Below, one piece after another: positions 38,074 to 47,986 of a stretch of 64,000 bases of DNA. The notes below the pieces were generated by a model. That model made no database searches, had not been told where the DNA came from, and saw only the letters and a list, made by a program, of their open reading frames with translations. Each line of letters begins with the position of its first letter. Position 1 is the stretch's first letter. Location of the stretch: contig JBFXHX010000021.1 in the NCBI GenBank assembly GCA_050176585.1, forward strand, positions 1,172 through 65,171. Reading direction: 5' to 3'. This stretch comes from Candidatus Binatia bacterium. GTDB lineage: Bacteria; Desulfobacterota; Binatia; HRBIN30; CADEER01. The translations under genes and the position numbers were made by a program.

Positions 38074-38628
38074 ATGCGGGCAAGAGGTAATTCGGATACT
38101 GTTCGCAGCGCGCGGCGCCATCCCGCCGCGCGCTGGCAATTCAGCGCAGTCGCAAAAGCCACGACCAGGATGCTCGCCGCCTCGGTGTTGATGGCGGCCG
38201 GTGCGGCCTCGGGCGTGGAACTGCGGCTCCCAGAGAACGCGGCAATCGACGCGGTCGACGGCACCACCGTGGTGCCTATCACGATTGCGGACACGGCAGG
38301 TGTCCAAGGCATCGCGATCTCGCTGACCTACGCTGGCGACATCGCTACCGCGACGCAGGTCGTGAGCTCGCCGGTGGCGTCGAAATGCACCGTCATGCCC
38401 GGCCTGGCGACGCCGGGTATGATCACGATCGTTGCCGCCTGTCCGGGCGGTCTTGCAGAGGGCACCGACGTCCCCCTGTTCCAAGTGAAGTTCAAAGGAA
38501 ACCGAGGCGGCGTCACGCCGCTGTCGTTCAGCGCCGCACCAAACATTCCGAACGGGTGCCTCCTCAATGAAGGCGCACCGACCTGCGAGCCCCACGGCGG
38601 ACAGCTCACCGTCCGCGGCGGAGCGTAA
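38074..38628 (+). CDS. Stand-alone secreted cohesin-like protein, paralog of the upstream domain
   Basis: VPITIAD..GV...SLTY...IATATQV...C...TIVAACP...PNGCLLNEG.P.CEP aligns with the 36884 protein; start uncertain (38056, 38074 or 38170). Confidence 0.75.
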   Translation: MRARGNSDTVRSARRHPAARWQFSAVAKATTRMLAASVLMAAGAASGVELRLPENAAIDAVDGTTVVPITIADTAGVQGIAISLTYAGDIATATQVVSSPVASKCTVMPGLATPGMITIVAACPGGLAEGTDVPLFQVKFKGNRGGVTPLSFSAAPNIPNGCLLNEGAPTCEPHGGQLTVRGGA

Positions 38629-38935
38629 TTCGCTCCGGACCTGCTCTACATCGACGTCGACTTGCAACGGTACCGCGGTGGCGGTAACCCGCCGAGCGTG
38701 ACTCCGCGCGGCGATCAAACCCCTCGCGCGCGGCTGAGCTGAGCCGCGCCCCTTTATCGCAACCGGCGGCGGGTGCACGCCACCCGCGCCGGTCTGCGTC
38801 AGCCCGCGTAGCGGGATCTCACACGGGCCCCTTCTTCCGGCGTCGCGGCACCGATGGCCCATTCGGCGCGGTCCGCTGCGCGTGGCGGCCCGAACCGTCT
38901 GGCTGCTCCCCCTGCGATCCGCTACACCTCGGCAC

Positions 38936-41491
38936 ATGAGCGATCGCGATTTCCGCCTCCCGCGCCATGTCAGGCCGCGGCGCTATGCGCTGCGCATCGA
39001 CGTCGACCTCGACGCCTGGCGCTTTCGCGGCAGCGAGGAGATCGAGCTGCACCTCGACGCCCCTTCCGAGGCGATTGTTCTGCACGCGTGCGAGCTCGAT
39101 ATCTCGTCCGTGCGCGCCGAGCTCCCCGAAGGCACTCAGCTGATCGGCAGCGCGAGCTTCAACCCCGTCGCCGAGACCGCCACGCTGAGCTTCGGCCGCG
39201 AGCTGCCCGCCGGGCCGATGCGGCTCTCGCTCGACTTCAGCGGCACGATTCTCGCGCGTTTGCGGGGGTTTTACCGCTCGCAGAAGGACGGCCTGCGGTA
39301 CGCCGCGACACAGTTCGAAGCCGCCGATGCTCGCCGCGCCTTCCCCTGCTTCGATGAGCCGGAGTTCAAGGCTCGTTTCGCGGTCACATTGATCGTCCCC
39401 GCTTCCGCCGTGGCGGTCGCCAACGGTGCTGTCGTACGCGAGATCGACCTCGGCGATGGGCACAAAGAGGTGCAATTCGCGGAAACGCCGCCGATCTCGT
39501 CGTATCTGGTCGCCTACACGGTCGGCCCGTACGAGGCCACCCCGGTCACTCACACCGCCACCGGCTGGCCTGTGCGCGTCTTTCTGCCTCGCGGGATGGC
39601 GGACAAGGGCCTGTACGCGCGCGACGCCCACGCCCGCTCGCTCGAGTATCTGGAGGACTACACCGCGATCCCGTATCCGTACGTAAAGGTCGACGCCATC
39701 GGCGTGCCGGACTTCGAGGCGGGCGCGATGGAGAATCCCGGCGCCATCACCTACCGCCTGACCGCGATCGCCGCCGACGCGGCGCGCGCCTCCACACCAG
39801 CGCTGAAGGGCATCTTCTACACGGCCGCCCACGAGCTCACCCACATGTGGTGGGGAGACCTGGTCACCATGGCGTGGTGGGACGACCTCTGGCTCAACGA
39901 GTCGTTTGCCACCTTCATCGGCTACAAAGTGGTCGCCGATCTCATGCCGGAATGGGGAATGTGGCGCGACTTCGTGGCCACGCTGGCGCGCCCGTTCAAT
40001 CTCGATGCGCTCGCCTCCACACATCCGGTCTCCTTCGAGGTGAAGAACGCGAAGCAGGCGACCGAGCGCTTCGACGTGATCACCTACTGGAAGGGCGCGG
40101 GCGTGGTGCGCATGCTCGAGGGCTTCATCGGGGCCGAGGCATTCCGGACCGGCGTGCGCGCTTACCTCGACCGCTACCGCGAGGCGAACGCCACCGCGGA
40201 CGATTTCTGGCGCGAGCTCAGCACCGCGTCGGGCCGCGACATCGCGAACATCGCCAACACCTGGATCAAGCAGGCCGGCCACCCGTTGCTGTCGTTCGAC
40301 ACGCGCGGCGACGAGTTGCTCATCCGCCAGCGGCGCTTCTTCGCGGACCCCGAATCCCTGCCCGACGCTGACGGCGCGCTGTGGCCCACCCCGGTCGTGA
40401 TCAAGTACGGTACGGGTTCGACAATCGATCAGCTGGTTGTGGTCATCGACCGCGCCGAGCAGCGCGTCGCCCTCCCCGGCGCCGAGTGGTTCTACCCGAA
40501 CGGCGACGGTGCCGGCTTTTTCCGCTTCGCACTGGACGACGACGCCTTCGCCCGCCTGGTGCCGGAGGTTCAGCGCGCGCTCAACGCACCCGAGCGCCTC
40601 GCGTTGATCGGGAACCAATGGGCACTGGCGAAGAGTTGCAAGATCGATCTGGGGCAGTTCGTCGACATGCTCGGCGGCTTTCGGAACGAGACCGATCGGG
40701 CTGCCCTGTCCGCCATCACCGAGCGCCTGTACTGGGTGGGAACGCATCTGGTCGACGACCCAGACCGCCCGCTCTTCGAGCGATTCACCGGCGCGTTCTT
40801 CAGTCCACACGTCGCCGCGCTCGGGTGGGATCCGAAGCCCGGCGAGAGCGCCGACGACCGATTGCGACGCGCTACCGCGATCGCGGCGCTCGGCGAGCTG
40901 GCAGAGGACCTCACCGTGATCGCCGAGGCCCGCCGGCGCCTGGAAGGCTATTTCACCGACCCGTCGACCCTCGACCCGAACCTCGCCTCCGCGGTCGTCA
41001 ACATCGCGGCGCGGCGCGGCGACGCCACCCTCTACCAGCGATACCTGGAGCGCAAGCGCGCCGCCGCCACCGACCCCGAAGAAGAACAGCGCTTTCTATT
41101 CGGCCTCACCTCCTTCGAAGACGCCGCGCTGATCAGGCGGACCCTGGACCTCACCCTCACCGAAGAGGTGCGGCCCCAAGACCGGCCGCACCTCTATGCC
41201 CGGCTGCTCGGCTCGCGCGCCGCGCGTTTGTCCACCTGGGCCTTCATGCGCTCGCGTTGGGAGGAGATCACCTCACGGCTCGATCCCATGCTGCAGCAGA
41301 ACATCATCCGCGCGCTTGCCCAGCTGACCCCCGAGCCCGCTGCGAGCGAGGTTCGCGCGTTTCTGCCCGCGCGTGCCACTGACGAGACTCGGGAGACGAT
41401 CGCGCAGACGCTCGAGCAGCTCACAATCGACGCCGCCGTGTGCAAGCGCCTCACGCCAGTGGCGGGCGCCGCGCTCGCGCGAGCTCGCTGA
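38936..41491 (+). CDS. M1 family zinc aminopeptidase with ERAP1-like C-terminal domain
   Basis: [33 protein letters not shown]...WLNESFA. Confidence 0.96.
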   Translation: MSDRDFRLPRHVRPRRYALRIDVDLDAWRFRGSEEIELHLDAPSEAIVLHACELDISSVRAELPEGTQLIGSASFNPVAETATLSFGRELPAGPMRLSLDFSGTILARLRGFYRSQKDGLRYAATQFEAADARRAFPCFDEPEFKARFAVTLIVPASAVAVANGAVVREIDLGDGHKEVQFAETPPISSYLVAYTVGPYEATPVTHTATGWPVRVFLPRGMADKGLYARDAHARSLEYLEDYTAIPYPYVKVDAIGVPDFEAGAMENPGAITYRLTAIAADAARASTPALKGIFYTAAHELTHMWWGDLVTMAWWDDLWLNESFATFIGYKVVADLMPEWGMWRDFVATLARPFNLDALASTHPVSFEVKNAKQATERFDVITYWKGAGVVRMLEGFIGAEAFRTGVRAYLDRYREANATADDFWRELSTASGRDIANIANTWIKQAGHPLLSFDTRGDELLIRQRRFFADPESLPDADGALWPTPVVIKYGTGSTIDQLVVVIDRAEQRVALPGAEWFYPNGDGAGFFRFALDDDAFARLVPEVQRALNAPERLALIGNQWALAKSCKIDLGQFVDMLGGFRNETDRAALSAITERLYWVGTHLVDDPDRPLFERFTGAFFSPHVAALGWDPKPGESADDRLRRATAIAALGELAEDLTVIAEARRRLEGYFTDPSTLDPNLASAVVNIAARRGDATLYQRYLERKRAAATDPEEEQRFLFGLTSFEDAALIRRTLDLTLTEEVRPQDRPHLYARLLGSRAARLSTWAFMRSRWEEITSRLDPMLQQNIIRALAQLTPEPAASEVRAFLPARATDETRETIAQTLEQLTIDAAVCKRLTPVAGAALARAR

Positions 41492-41496
41492 GCGAC

Positions 41497-42036
41497 ATGC
41501 AACGCGACGATCACCTGGTGTGGATGGACCTCGAGATGTCCGGCCTCGACCCCGACCGAGATACCATTCTAGAGATCGCCACCCTGATCACCGACGGCGA
41601 TCTCCGGGTCGTCGCCGAGGGCCCGGTCCTGGCAGTACATCAATCGGACGCGGTGCTCGACTCGATGGACGAGTGGAATCGCGAGCACCATGGCGCCTCC
41701 GGCCTGACCGCGCGCGTCCGCAGCTCGGCGCTGTCGGTGGCGGAGGCCGAGCGCCAAACGCTCGCGTTCGTTCAGCAGTACTGCCCGAAGCGGACTTCTC
41801 CGCTGTGCGGCAACTCCATCCACCAGGATCGCCGCTTTCTCGCCCGCTACATGCCGCAACTGGAAGCGTACCTCCACTACCGCAACATCGACGTGAGCAC
41901 CCTGAAGGAGCTCGTGCGGCGCTGGTATCCGGGCGGTCCCGCAGCGCCGGAGAAAAAACACGCGCATCTGGCGCTCGACGACATCCGCGAATCGATCGAC
42001 GAGCTGCGCTTCTATCGCGCGCATGTCTTCCGGTAA
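41497..42036 (+). CDS. orn: Oligoribonuclease
   Basis: [49 protein letters not shown]. Confidence 0.97.
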   Translation: MQRDDHLVWMDLEMSGLDPDRDTILEIATLITDGDLRVVAEGPVLAVHQSDAVLDSMDEWNREHHGASGLTARVRSSALSVAEAERQTLAFVQQYCPKRTSPLCGNSIHQDRRFLARYMPQLEAYLHYRNIDVSTLKELVRRWYPGGPAAPEKKHAHLALDDIRESIDELRFYRAHVFR

Positions 42037-42090
42037 GCGCGCGCCGCAAGTTGATTCGCGCCTGCCCGTGCTCTACCGTGCCGGCGCGCG

Positions 42091-42723
42091 ATGATCCGAC
42101 CGGTTCGCCTCGCGGTGCTCGTGTCCGGTAGCGGCACGACCCTGCAGAACTTGCTCGACCGCGTTGCCGCCGGCGCCTTGAGCGCCGATGTCGCTGTCGT
42201 CGTCTCCTCGCGCCCCGACGTGCTGGCCATCCAGCGAGCGCGCCGGGCGGGCATTCCCGCTACCGTCGTCGCTCGCAAGGATCATCCAGATGCGACCGCG
42301 TTCAACGACGCGCTCCACGCCGCGCTCGAACCGTACGACGTCGAATTGGTGGTGCTCGCCGGCTTCTTGTCGCTCTTTCAACCGCGCGCGCGATACGCCG
42401 GGCGCGTCATAAACGTCCATCCCGCGCTGATCCCCGCCTTCTGCGGCCAGGGCTTTTACGGGCACAAGGTGCACGACGCCGTGCTCGCGTCCGGCGTCAA
42501 GGTGACGGGGTGCACCGTGCACTTCGCCGATGACGCATACGATCACGGTCCGATCATCCTGCAGGGCTGCGTGCCCGTGATGGACGACGACACCGCCGAA
42601 ACGCTGGCGGCCCGGGTGGCCGCGCTCGAACGGGAACTCTATCCGCAGGCGATTCAGCTGTTCGCGGAAGGACGCCTGCAGGTACACGGCGGTCGCGTGC
42701 GCGTGTTGCCTTCAGCTCAGTAG
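42091..42723 (+). CDS. purN: Phosphoribosylglycinamide formyltransferase
   Basis: VLVSGSGTTLQ, LAGF, NVHPALIP, GCTVHF...D.GPII. Confidence 0.96.
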   Translation: MIRPVRLAVLVSGSGTTLQNLLDRVAAGALSADVAVVVSSRPDVLAIQRARRAGIPATVVARKDHPDATAFNDALHAALEPYDVELVVLAGFLSLFQPRARYAGRVINVHPALIPAFCGQGFYGHKVHDAVLASGVKVTGCTVHFADDAYDHGPIILQGCVPVMDDDTAETLAARVAALERELYPQAIQLFAEGRLQVHGGRVRVLPSAQ

Positions 42724-42796
42724 TGGCACTAGCTGCTGCCACGCGCCGCGTGGCGCTATGGCGCGACGGTGAGCCCGCGCACCATGCAGGACGACT

Positions 42797-43465
42797 CTAC
42801 GCCTGGGGCCCGGCCTCGACCTTGGAATCGGCAGCGCTTTCGGTCGGAGGCGGAGGGGATGAAGCGCCAGTCGCGGGCTTCCCGGCTGCCGCCGCCGGCG
42901 TTTTCTGAGCGGGCTTTTTGCGCGAGGGCGCGAGCACGATTCCCATCATGCGCCCTTCCATCCGCGGATCCCCTTCTGCGATCGCCACGTCTTTCAGCGC
43001 TTCACACACGCCCAGAAGCTTCTCACGGCCCAAATTCTGGTACGCCATCTCGCGCCCGCGAAACCGCAGCAGGAACTTGACCCGGTCCCCCTCATCGAGG
43101 AATTGCCGCGCCTTGGCGATCTGGCGGTCGATGTCCCCGTGGTCGGTCCGATAGCCGAGGCGTAGCTCTTTGACCTGCGTGACGGTCGCCTTCTTCTTCG
43201 CCTCGGATTCTTTCTTGTGCTGCTGGTACTTGAACTTGCCGTAATCGAGAATGCGGCACACCGGCGGCTGAGCCTTGGGCGCGATCTCGACGAGATCGAG
43301 GGCCGCCTGCTCGGCGAGGCGTAACGCCTCATCGATCGGGACGATGCCGATCTGTTCGCCGTTTGTGCCGATCAGCCGCACCTGCGGGGTGCGGATTCTA
43401 CGATTGATACGATGGGTTTCCTCGGGCGGGGGAACGAAACGTGGGCCACGACCGCGATACGCCAA
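42797..43465 (-). CDS. infC: Translation initiation factor IF-3 with C-terminal extension
   Basis: RIN..IR...VRLI, LDLVEI.P...PPVCRILDYGKFKY, GDRVK..LRFRGRE; TTG start behind GAGGAGG. Confidence 0.95.
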   Translation of the reverse strand: MAYRGRGPRFVPPPEETHRINRRIRTPQVRLIGTNGEQIGIVPIDEALRLAEQAALDLVEIAPKAQPPVCRILDYGKFKYQQHKKESEAKKKATVTQVKELRLGYRTDHGDIDRQIAKARQFLDEGDRVKFLLRFRGREMAYQNLGREKLLGVCEALKDVAIAEGDPRMEGRMMGIVLAPSRKKPAQKTPAAAAGKPATGASSPPPPTESAADSKVEAGPQA

Positions 43466-43491
43466 ATGACCTCCTCTTCTGCTTCGACGTG

Positions 43492-43606
43492 GAGAGCCTA
43501 CACCGCTGCCGGTTGACGGGTCAATTAGAGTACGCTGTGACCTGCAGGACCCGAGGAACGCTCCGAGGGTCGGCGGCGCGGTAACCAGCGGCTCCTGCCG
43601 AGCCCC
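43492..43606 (-). ncRNA. Candidate structured RNA in the infC 5' region
   Basis: Nested complementary segments GAGCC/GGCTC, CGCTG/CAGCG, GGTT/AACC, GACCC..GGA/TCC..GGGTC; no family recognised. Confidence 0.3.
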
Positions 43607-44031
43607 CTTGACAGGGGTTGGAACGCGCGACTCACTCGCGATCTCTCGCTCTCGTACTGCTGCGGGCCAGGGAGCAAACCACGTCGCTGCCAGGTATACG
43701 AGTTTTCCATTGCAGCGACTAGTCGAGCAAGTCGCGAACCAGGGACTGCTTCCAGCCGCTCGGCCTCTGGGCTCGAAGCCGCGCAGATTTCCGGCAGGGC
43801 GACTGTAGCTATTCCAGTCTCCGGCCCGCGCGGCAGGAGGTATTCCAAGGTGGCACGCTCTCCATGGCCGGACCGCGTAATATCTGCACGGCGGTACCGA
43901 AGCGGCAAATCTCGACGCCCGTTCAGCGTTCGCGTCGACGGCTCGGCTCGCCGGAACGGACTTTGCGTGGAGCTGTCCTCCAGACGTTCGCGGTTGCCGC
44001 AGGCAATCGGGACAGCGAAGGGAAGACCATC

Positions 44032-44670
44032 ATGAACCCAGACGTCAGAGCCACACGAGCGCTTAAGAGCTTGATCCTCGGGGCAGCGACATTGCTCACG
44101 GCGCTGACTCCTTCAGCGCGCGCAGCCGTGCTCCGCGTTCCCGACATCGCCATAGGTTTAGACACTCCGAACGCCGTCGTAGCGATCTCGATCGACGATG
44201 CATCCGGGGTGGAGGAAGTCGATCTCGTCGTCGGTTACGACCCGCTGCTTCTGTCAGTCTCGACCCCGGTGCTTTCGACCGACCTGTCGTCCGGCTGCAT
44301 CGTCGCATCCAACTACGACACTCCGGGCATCGTGTACGTCAGCGTCGCATGCCCGGAGCCCATGAGCGGCAGCGGCGCGCTGGTCTCCGTACCCGTACAG
44401 CCGCTCAAAGCCGGTACCGGTACGTTGGACGTGCGTTGCGAGCTCAACGGCCTGTCGCTCCCGTGCGACGTGGGTATGGGGTCGGTCACGATCGAAAACG
44501 AGCCCCGGCCAGCCAAGTTCGACATGAACGTCGGCGAAGCACACCGCGCCCCGGTGGAGTCGGCCCGCCGGATTTTCGGCGCGCCGCGCAGCCCTGAGCC
44601 GGCGCGAGATCGCCGCGCGCTGTGGGTCCGAAGGGTTTCGCTGGAGCTTGGACGGCCGATGGAGCTGTAA
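44032..44670 (+). CDS. Secreted cohesin-like protein (third member of the 4-Cys type)
   Basis: Signal peptide ending ARA; VAISIDDASGV...LVVGYDP cohesin pattern; SGC...VAC...CELN...C spacing matches the 36884 and 38074 proteins. Confidence 0.7.
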   Translation: MNPDVRATRALKSLILGAATLLTALTPSARAAVLRVPDIAIGLDTPNAVVAISIDDASGVEEVDLVVGYDPLLLSVSTPVLSTDLSSGCIVASNYDTPGIVYVSVACPEPMSGSGALVSVPVQPLKAGTGTLDVRCELNGLSLPCDVGMGSVTIENEPRPAKFDMNVGEAHRAPVESARRIFGAPRSPEPARDRRALWVRRVSLELGRPMEL

Positions 44671-44759
44671 CTCTGACAGGCGCTTCAGCTCGTCGCGGCA
44701 CCGACGCTCGCCCGGGGGAGAGCTGTCGAGCGGCGCGCTGATTGCACCCACGGATGCCC

Positions 44760-46397
44760 ATGCAAGCCGGGAAGGCGCACGGTGCAAGCGTCGGACCGAG
44801 GGCAGAGCGCGTGTCTGTCGGCCAGCTCGGCAAACGCCGGCGCATCCTGCGCTATTTCGGTTTGGGGTTCCTGGTACTCGCAGTCCTGGTAATCGCCATC
44901 GCTTCTCAGATCGAAGAGCCCATTCGCCGCAGCATGGAGGCCGAGCTGAATAAACACCTGCGCGGGTATTCCGCCGAGCTTCCGGGGCTCGACATACACC
45001 CGTTCAGCTTTTCGCTCACCCTGCACAATCCGGTCATCCGCCAACAGGCGCATCCCGATCCGCCCGTAATGGTGATTGAGGAGCTACATGCCGGCGTGCA
45101 CTGGCGGGCGTTGCTATCGCTGCGCCTCGTGGCCGATTTCACCTTCGGCTCGCCGCGGCTGCATATTAACCGTCCACAGCTCACCGCCGAGGCGCGGGAT
45201 GAGGTGCCGGTCAATCAGAAAGGTTGGCAGGAGGCACTGGAGTCGATCTATCCGCTCAAGATCAACGAGTTTCGCGTCAATAACGGCGCGCTGACGTATA
45301 TCGACGACGATCCCAAACGGCCTCTGCGGCTGAGCAAGATCAGCTTGGTGACCACCAACATCCGCAACATCCGCAATCCCGAAGTGCCATATCCCTCCCC
45401 CGTGCACCTGCGCGCCGTCATCTTCGACAAGGGGCGGCTCGAGCTCGACGGCGAGGCGAACTATCTCTCCGAGCCCCAACCCACCGGGCGCGCCGAGATC
45501 GACATCTCCCAAGTGCCGCTCGAGCGACTGAAACCCGTCACGACCAACGTGAACGTGAACATCCGCGGCGGTATCCTCTCGGCGCGCGGCGAAGCGGAGT
45601 ACGGCAAGAAAACGCGCCGCGCGCATCTGCGCTGGGCGCGGATCGATGAGATCGCGGTTGATTACGTGCACAAACCCCACACCGCAGCCGAAGAGGCGCG
45701 GCGAGTGCAAAAAGTGGAACAGGTCGCCACCGAGCTGGCGGGTGCGCCGGAAACGGTGGTGCGCATCGATGAGCTCGAAATCCGCAAGGCGGAGCTCGGC
45801 TACATCGATCAGACGACCAATCCGCCGTACCGCGTCTTCCTCTCGAACGCGGACATCACCATCCGCGACATCTCGAATCAGGCCGAAGCGAACCCAGGGC
45901 GCATCGAAGCAAAGGGCCTGTTCATGGGCTCGGGTCAAACTGAGCTGATCGCCACGTTCATGGCGCGACGCCAGAATCCGCAACTCGAGCTTTCCCTGCG
46001 GATAGAGAACACCGACTTGCGTGCCCTGAACGACCTGTTCCAAGCATACGGAGATTTCGACGTGGTCGCCGGGCGCTTCTCTCTCTACACCCAGTTGCGT
46101 ATCGCCAACGGTGAAGTCGAAGGATACGTCAAGCCGTTCTTCGCCGACATCGACGTTTATGACTCGGAACAGGACGCCGAGCAATCGCTGCCCAGCAAGA
46201 TCTACGAGGGCATCGTCGGCGGCATCTCCACCCTGCTCGAGAATCCTCGGGATGAGGTGGCCACGCAGGCAACGGTCAAGGGCTCCACGACCTCACCTGA
46301 GCTGAGCACGTGGGAGGTCATCATCAACTTAATCCGCAACGCGTTCTTCAAGGCGATCCTGCCGGGTTTCGAAGCCGCCATGCGCGAGCGGCGCTGA
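44760..46397 (+). CDS. DUF748/AsmA-like domain protein
   Basis: N-terminal TM, repeated beta-rich units, YGDFDV..G.FSLY...GYVKPFF, IRNAF..AI.P; start uncertain. Confidence 0.75.
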   Translation: MQAGKAHGASVGPRAERVSVGQLGKRRRILRYFGLGFLVLAVLVIAIASQIEEPIRRSMEAELNKHLRGYSAELPGLDIHPFSFSLTLHNPVIRQQAHPDPPVMVIEELHAGVHWRALLSLRLVADFTFGSPRLHINRPQLTAEARDEVPVNQKGWQEALESIYPLKINEFRVNNGALTYIDDDPKRPLRLSKISLVTTNIRNIRNPEVPYPSPVHLRAVIFDKGRLELDGEANYLSEPQPTGRAEIDISQVPLERLKPVTTNVNVNIRGGILSARGEAEYGKKTRRAHLRWARIDEIAVDYVHKPHTAAEEARRVQKVEQVATELAGAPETVVRIDELEIRKAELGYIDQTTNPPYRVFLSNADITIRDISNQAEANPGRIEAKGLFMGSGQTELIATFMARRQNPQLELSLRIENTDLRALNDLFQAYGDFDVVAGRFSLYTQLRIANGEVEGYVKPFFADIDVYDSEQDAEQSLPSKIYEGIVGGISTLLENPRDEVATQATVKGSTTSPELSTWEVIINLIRNAFFKAILPGFEAAMRERR

Positions 46398-46540
46398 GGA
46401 GCCTGCAGCGGACGCCGCGCTCGATCACGCATGCGGTAAATCGTCGGAGGACCGCCCGCGTTCCAAGGAGCCCAACGACGCGGCGCCGGACCGAGTGGAG
46501 GCGCAGGCGGCGGCGCAGCAAAGCTGCCCGAGACGATACG

Positions 46541-47536
46541 TCAGTGGCCGCGGGCCAGGCGCTCGACCGGCCGGCAGCTGCCGAGCGCGCCGCGGCGCTC
46601 GACGAAGTCGATGTCGAGCAGCGCGCCGGTCCGGCCGGCGTACGGAGCCACTCGTATGCAGCGGCAACCGCCGTCCGCGAGCGTCGCGTTGAGCAGCAGG
46701 TACTCCGTGACCACAGCTTTCCGCAGCGCCTCCGTCGCGGTGAGCGGTGCGCCGCTGCCACTGCCCCGTACCGATAACCCGAGGCCGCTGAAGCTCGGAA
46801 AGATGCCGTAGCGCTGGCGCAACACGCCTGCGAGCTGCGCATCGGCGACCATCTCGCTGCCCACCGTAAAGGCACCGAGCAGCGCGAGTGTGGCCTCGGG
46901 CTCGGGCGGATCCGCGAATGTGCGCGCCAGACAGAGGAGCGCGTTCTCGGCAGAGCCCGGCTGCGGCGGGCACGTAAACCGCGAGCCTAAATCGAGTTCG
47001 ATCACCCGAAATGTCTCGGGCCAGCTGGCCAAGCACGCATCGAGCGCTGCGGCGGTGTCCGGCCGGCAGCGCATGACCAGCAACTCGCGATCGGGGTCGT
47101 CGGCGATGCCAAAAAAGTCGGCGACATCGACCAGCGGCAGCGGCGGATCGAACATGGCTGCTGCGCCGGCAAACACGCGGACCGCGCTCGGCGCTCCGAG
47201 CCGGCCGCTGGGCTCGACGCCGTGCGGCAGATATACCAACCGCAGGAAGTCATTGGAGGCCTGCGGATCGCGCGTGCGATCCACGACCCGCGCGGGCGCG
47301 TCAGCGCCACTCGTATCGGCTCCCGCCCCGCCGCACGACACCGCCGCGCAGAGCGCGATCAGGATGAGGAGTGGTGAACTCGCACGGCCGAAGCAGCGCA
47401 CCGCGAGCGGGCGCCCTTGGCCAAGCGTCGCGACTCCGGCGCGCGGCGCATGAACACCAGCGGCCACTCGCATCCTCCGCGCGATTCCTGCCAGCATAGG
47501 CCGGTGCGGTTTGGCATACGCGATTCGCGGTCGCAA
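46541..47536 (-). CDS. Hypothetical Cys-containing lipoprotein
   Basis: LLILIALCAAVSC-GG lipobox-like segment followed by globular-looking sequence; real start probably later than the ORF start. Confidence 0.5.
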   Translation of the reverse strand: MRPRIAYAKPHRPMLAGIARRMRVAAGVHAPRAGVATLGQGRPLAVRCFGRASSPLLILIALCAAVSCGGAGADTSGADAPARVVDRTRDPQASNDFLRLVYLPHGVEPSGRLGAPSAVRVFAGAAAMFDPPLPLVDVADFFGIADDPDRELLVMRCRPDTAAALDACLASWPETFRVIELDLGSRFTCPPQPGSAENALLCLARTFADPPEPEATLALLGAFTVGSEMVADAQLAGVLRQRYGIFPSFSGLGLSVRGSGSGAPLTATEALRKAVVTEYLLLNATLADGGCRCIRVAPYAGRTGALLDIDFVERRGALGSCRPVERLARGH

Positions 47537-47684
47537 CCTGACGCACTGCGGAGAGCCTCAGCCATCGGGCATCAGCGCACCACCGGCATTGGCGGCGGGA
47601 GCTGCCGGGGGCTTGCTGCCGTGCGCGCAGTGCGGTGAGATGGAAGGCTCGCAATGAGTGCCTTGGCAGAAGAAGGGGGACGCG

Positions 47685-47960
47685 ATGTTCTTTGCCGTGC
47701 TGTACCACGCTGCGCCGGGTGGCCAGGAGCACAGGGCGGACGTGCGACCGCTGCACCGCGGCTATCTCGATCCGATCGTTCGCGAAGGTCGAGTCGCCTT
47801 CGCCGGGCCGTTCATCGACGGATCCGGTGACGGCTTGATCCTGCTCGAAGCGCCGTCGCTCGGCGACGCATGGAATTTCGTGTCCGGCGACCCGTATGTT
47901 CGCGAGGGCATCGTGAACGTCGTCGAGGTCCGCCCAGTGGAAAAGGTATACCCGAGCTGA
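47685..47960 (+). CDS. YciI family protein
   Basis: R..H..YL, AGP...G..G.I, DPY..EG motifs; 91 aa; GGGGA RBS. Confidence 0.85.
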   Translation: MFFAVLYHAAPGGQEHRADVRPLHRGYLDPIVREGRVAFAGPFIDGSGDGLILLEAPSLGDAWNFVSGDPYVREGIVNVVEVRPVEKVYPS

Positions 47961-47986
47961 ACGCCAGCCGCGACGTTAGGACGACG

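Noticed and set aside
38819-40810. 663-aa minus-strand ORF
   Set aside because: Antisense to the M1 aminopeptidase
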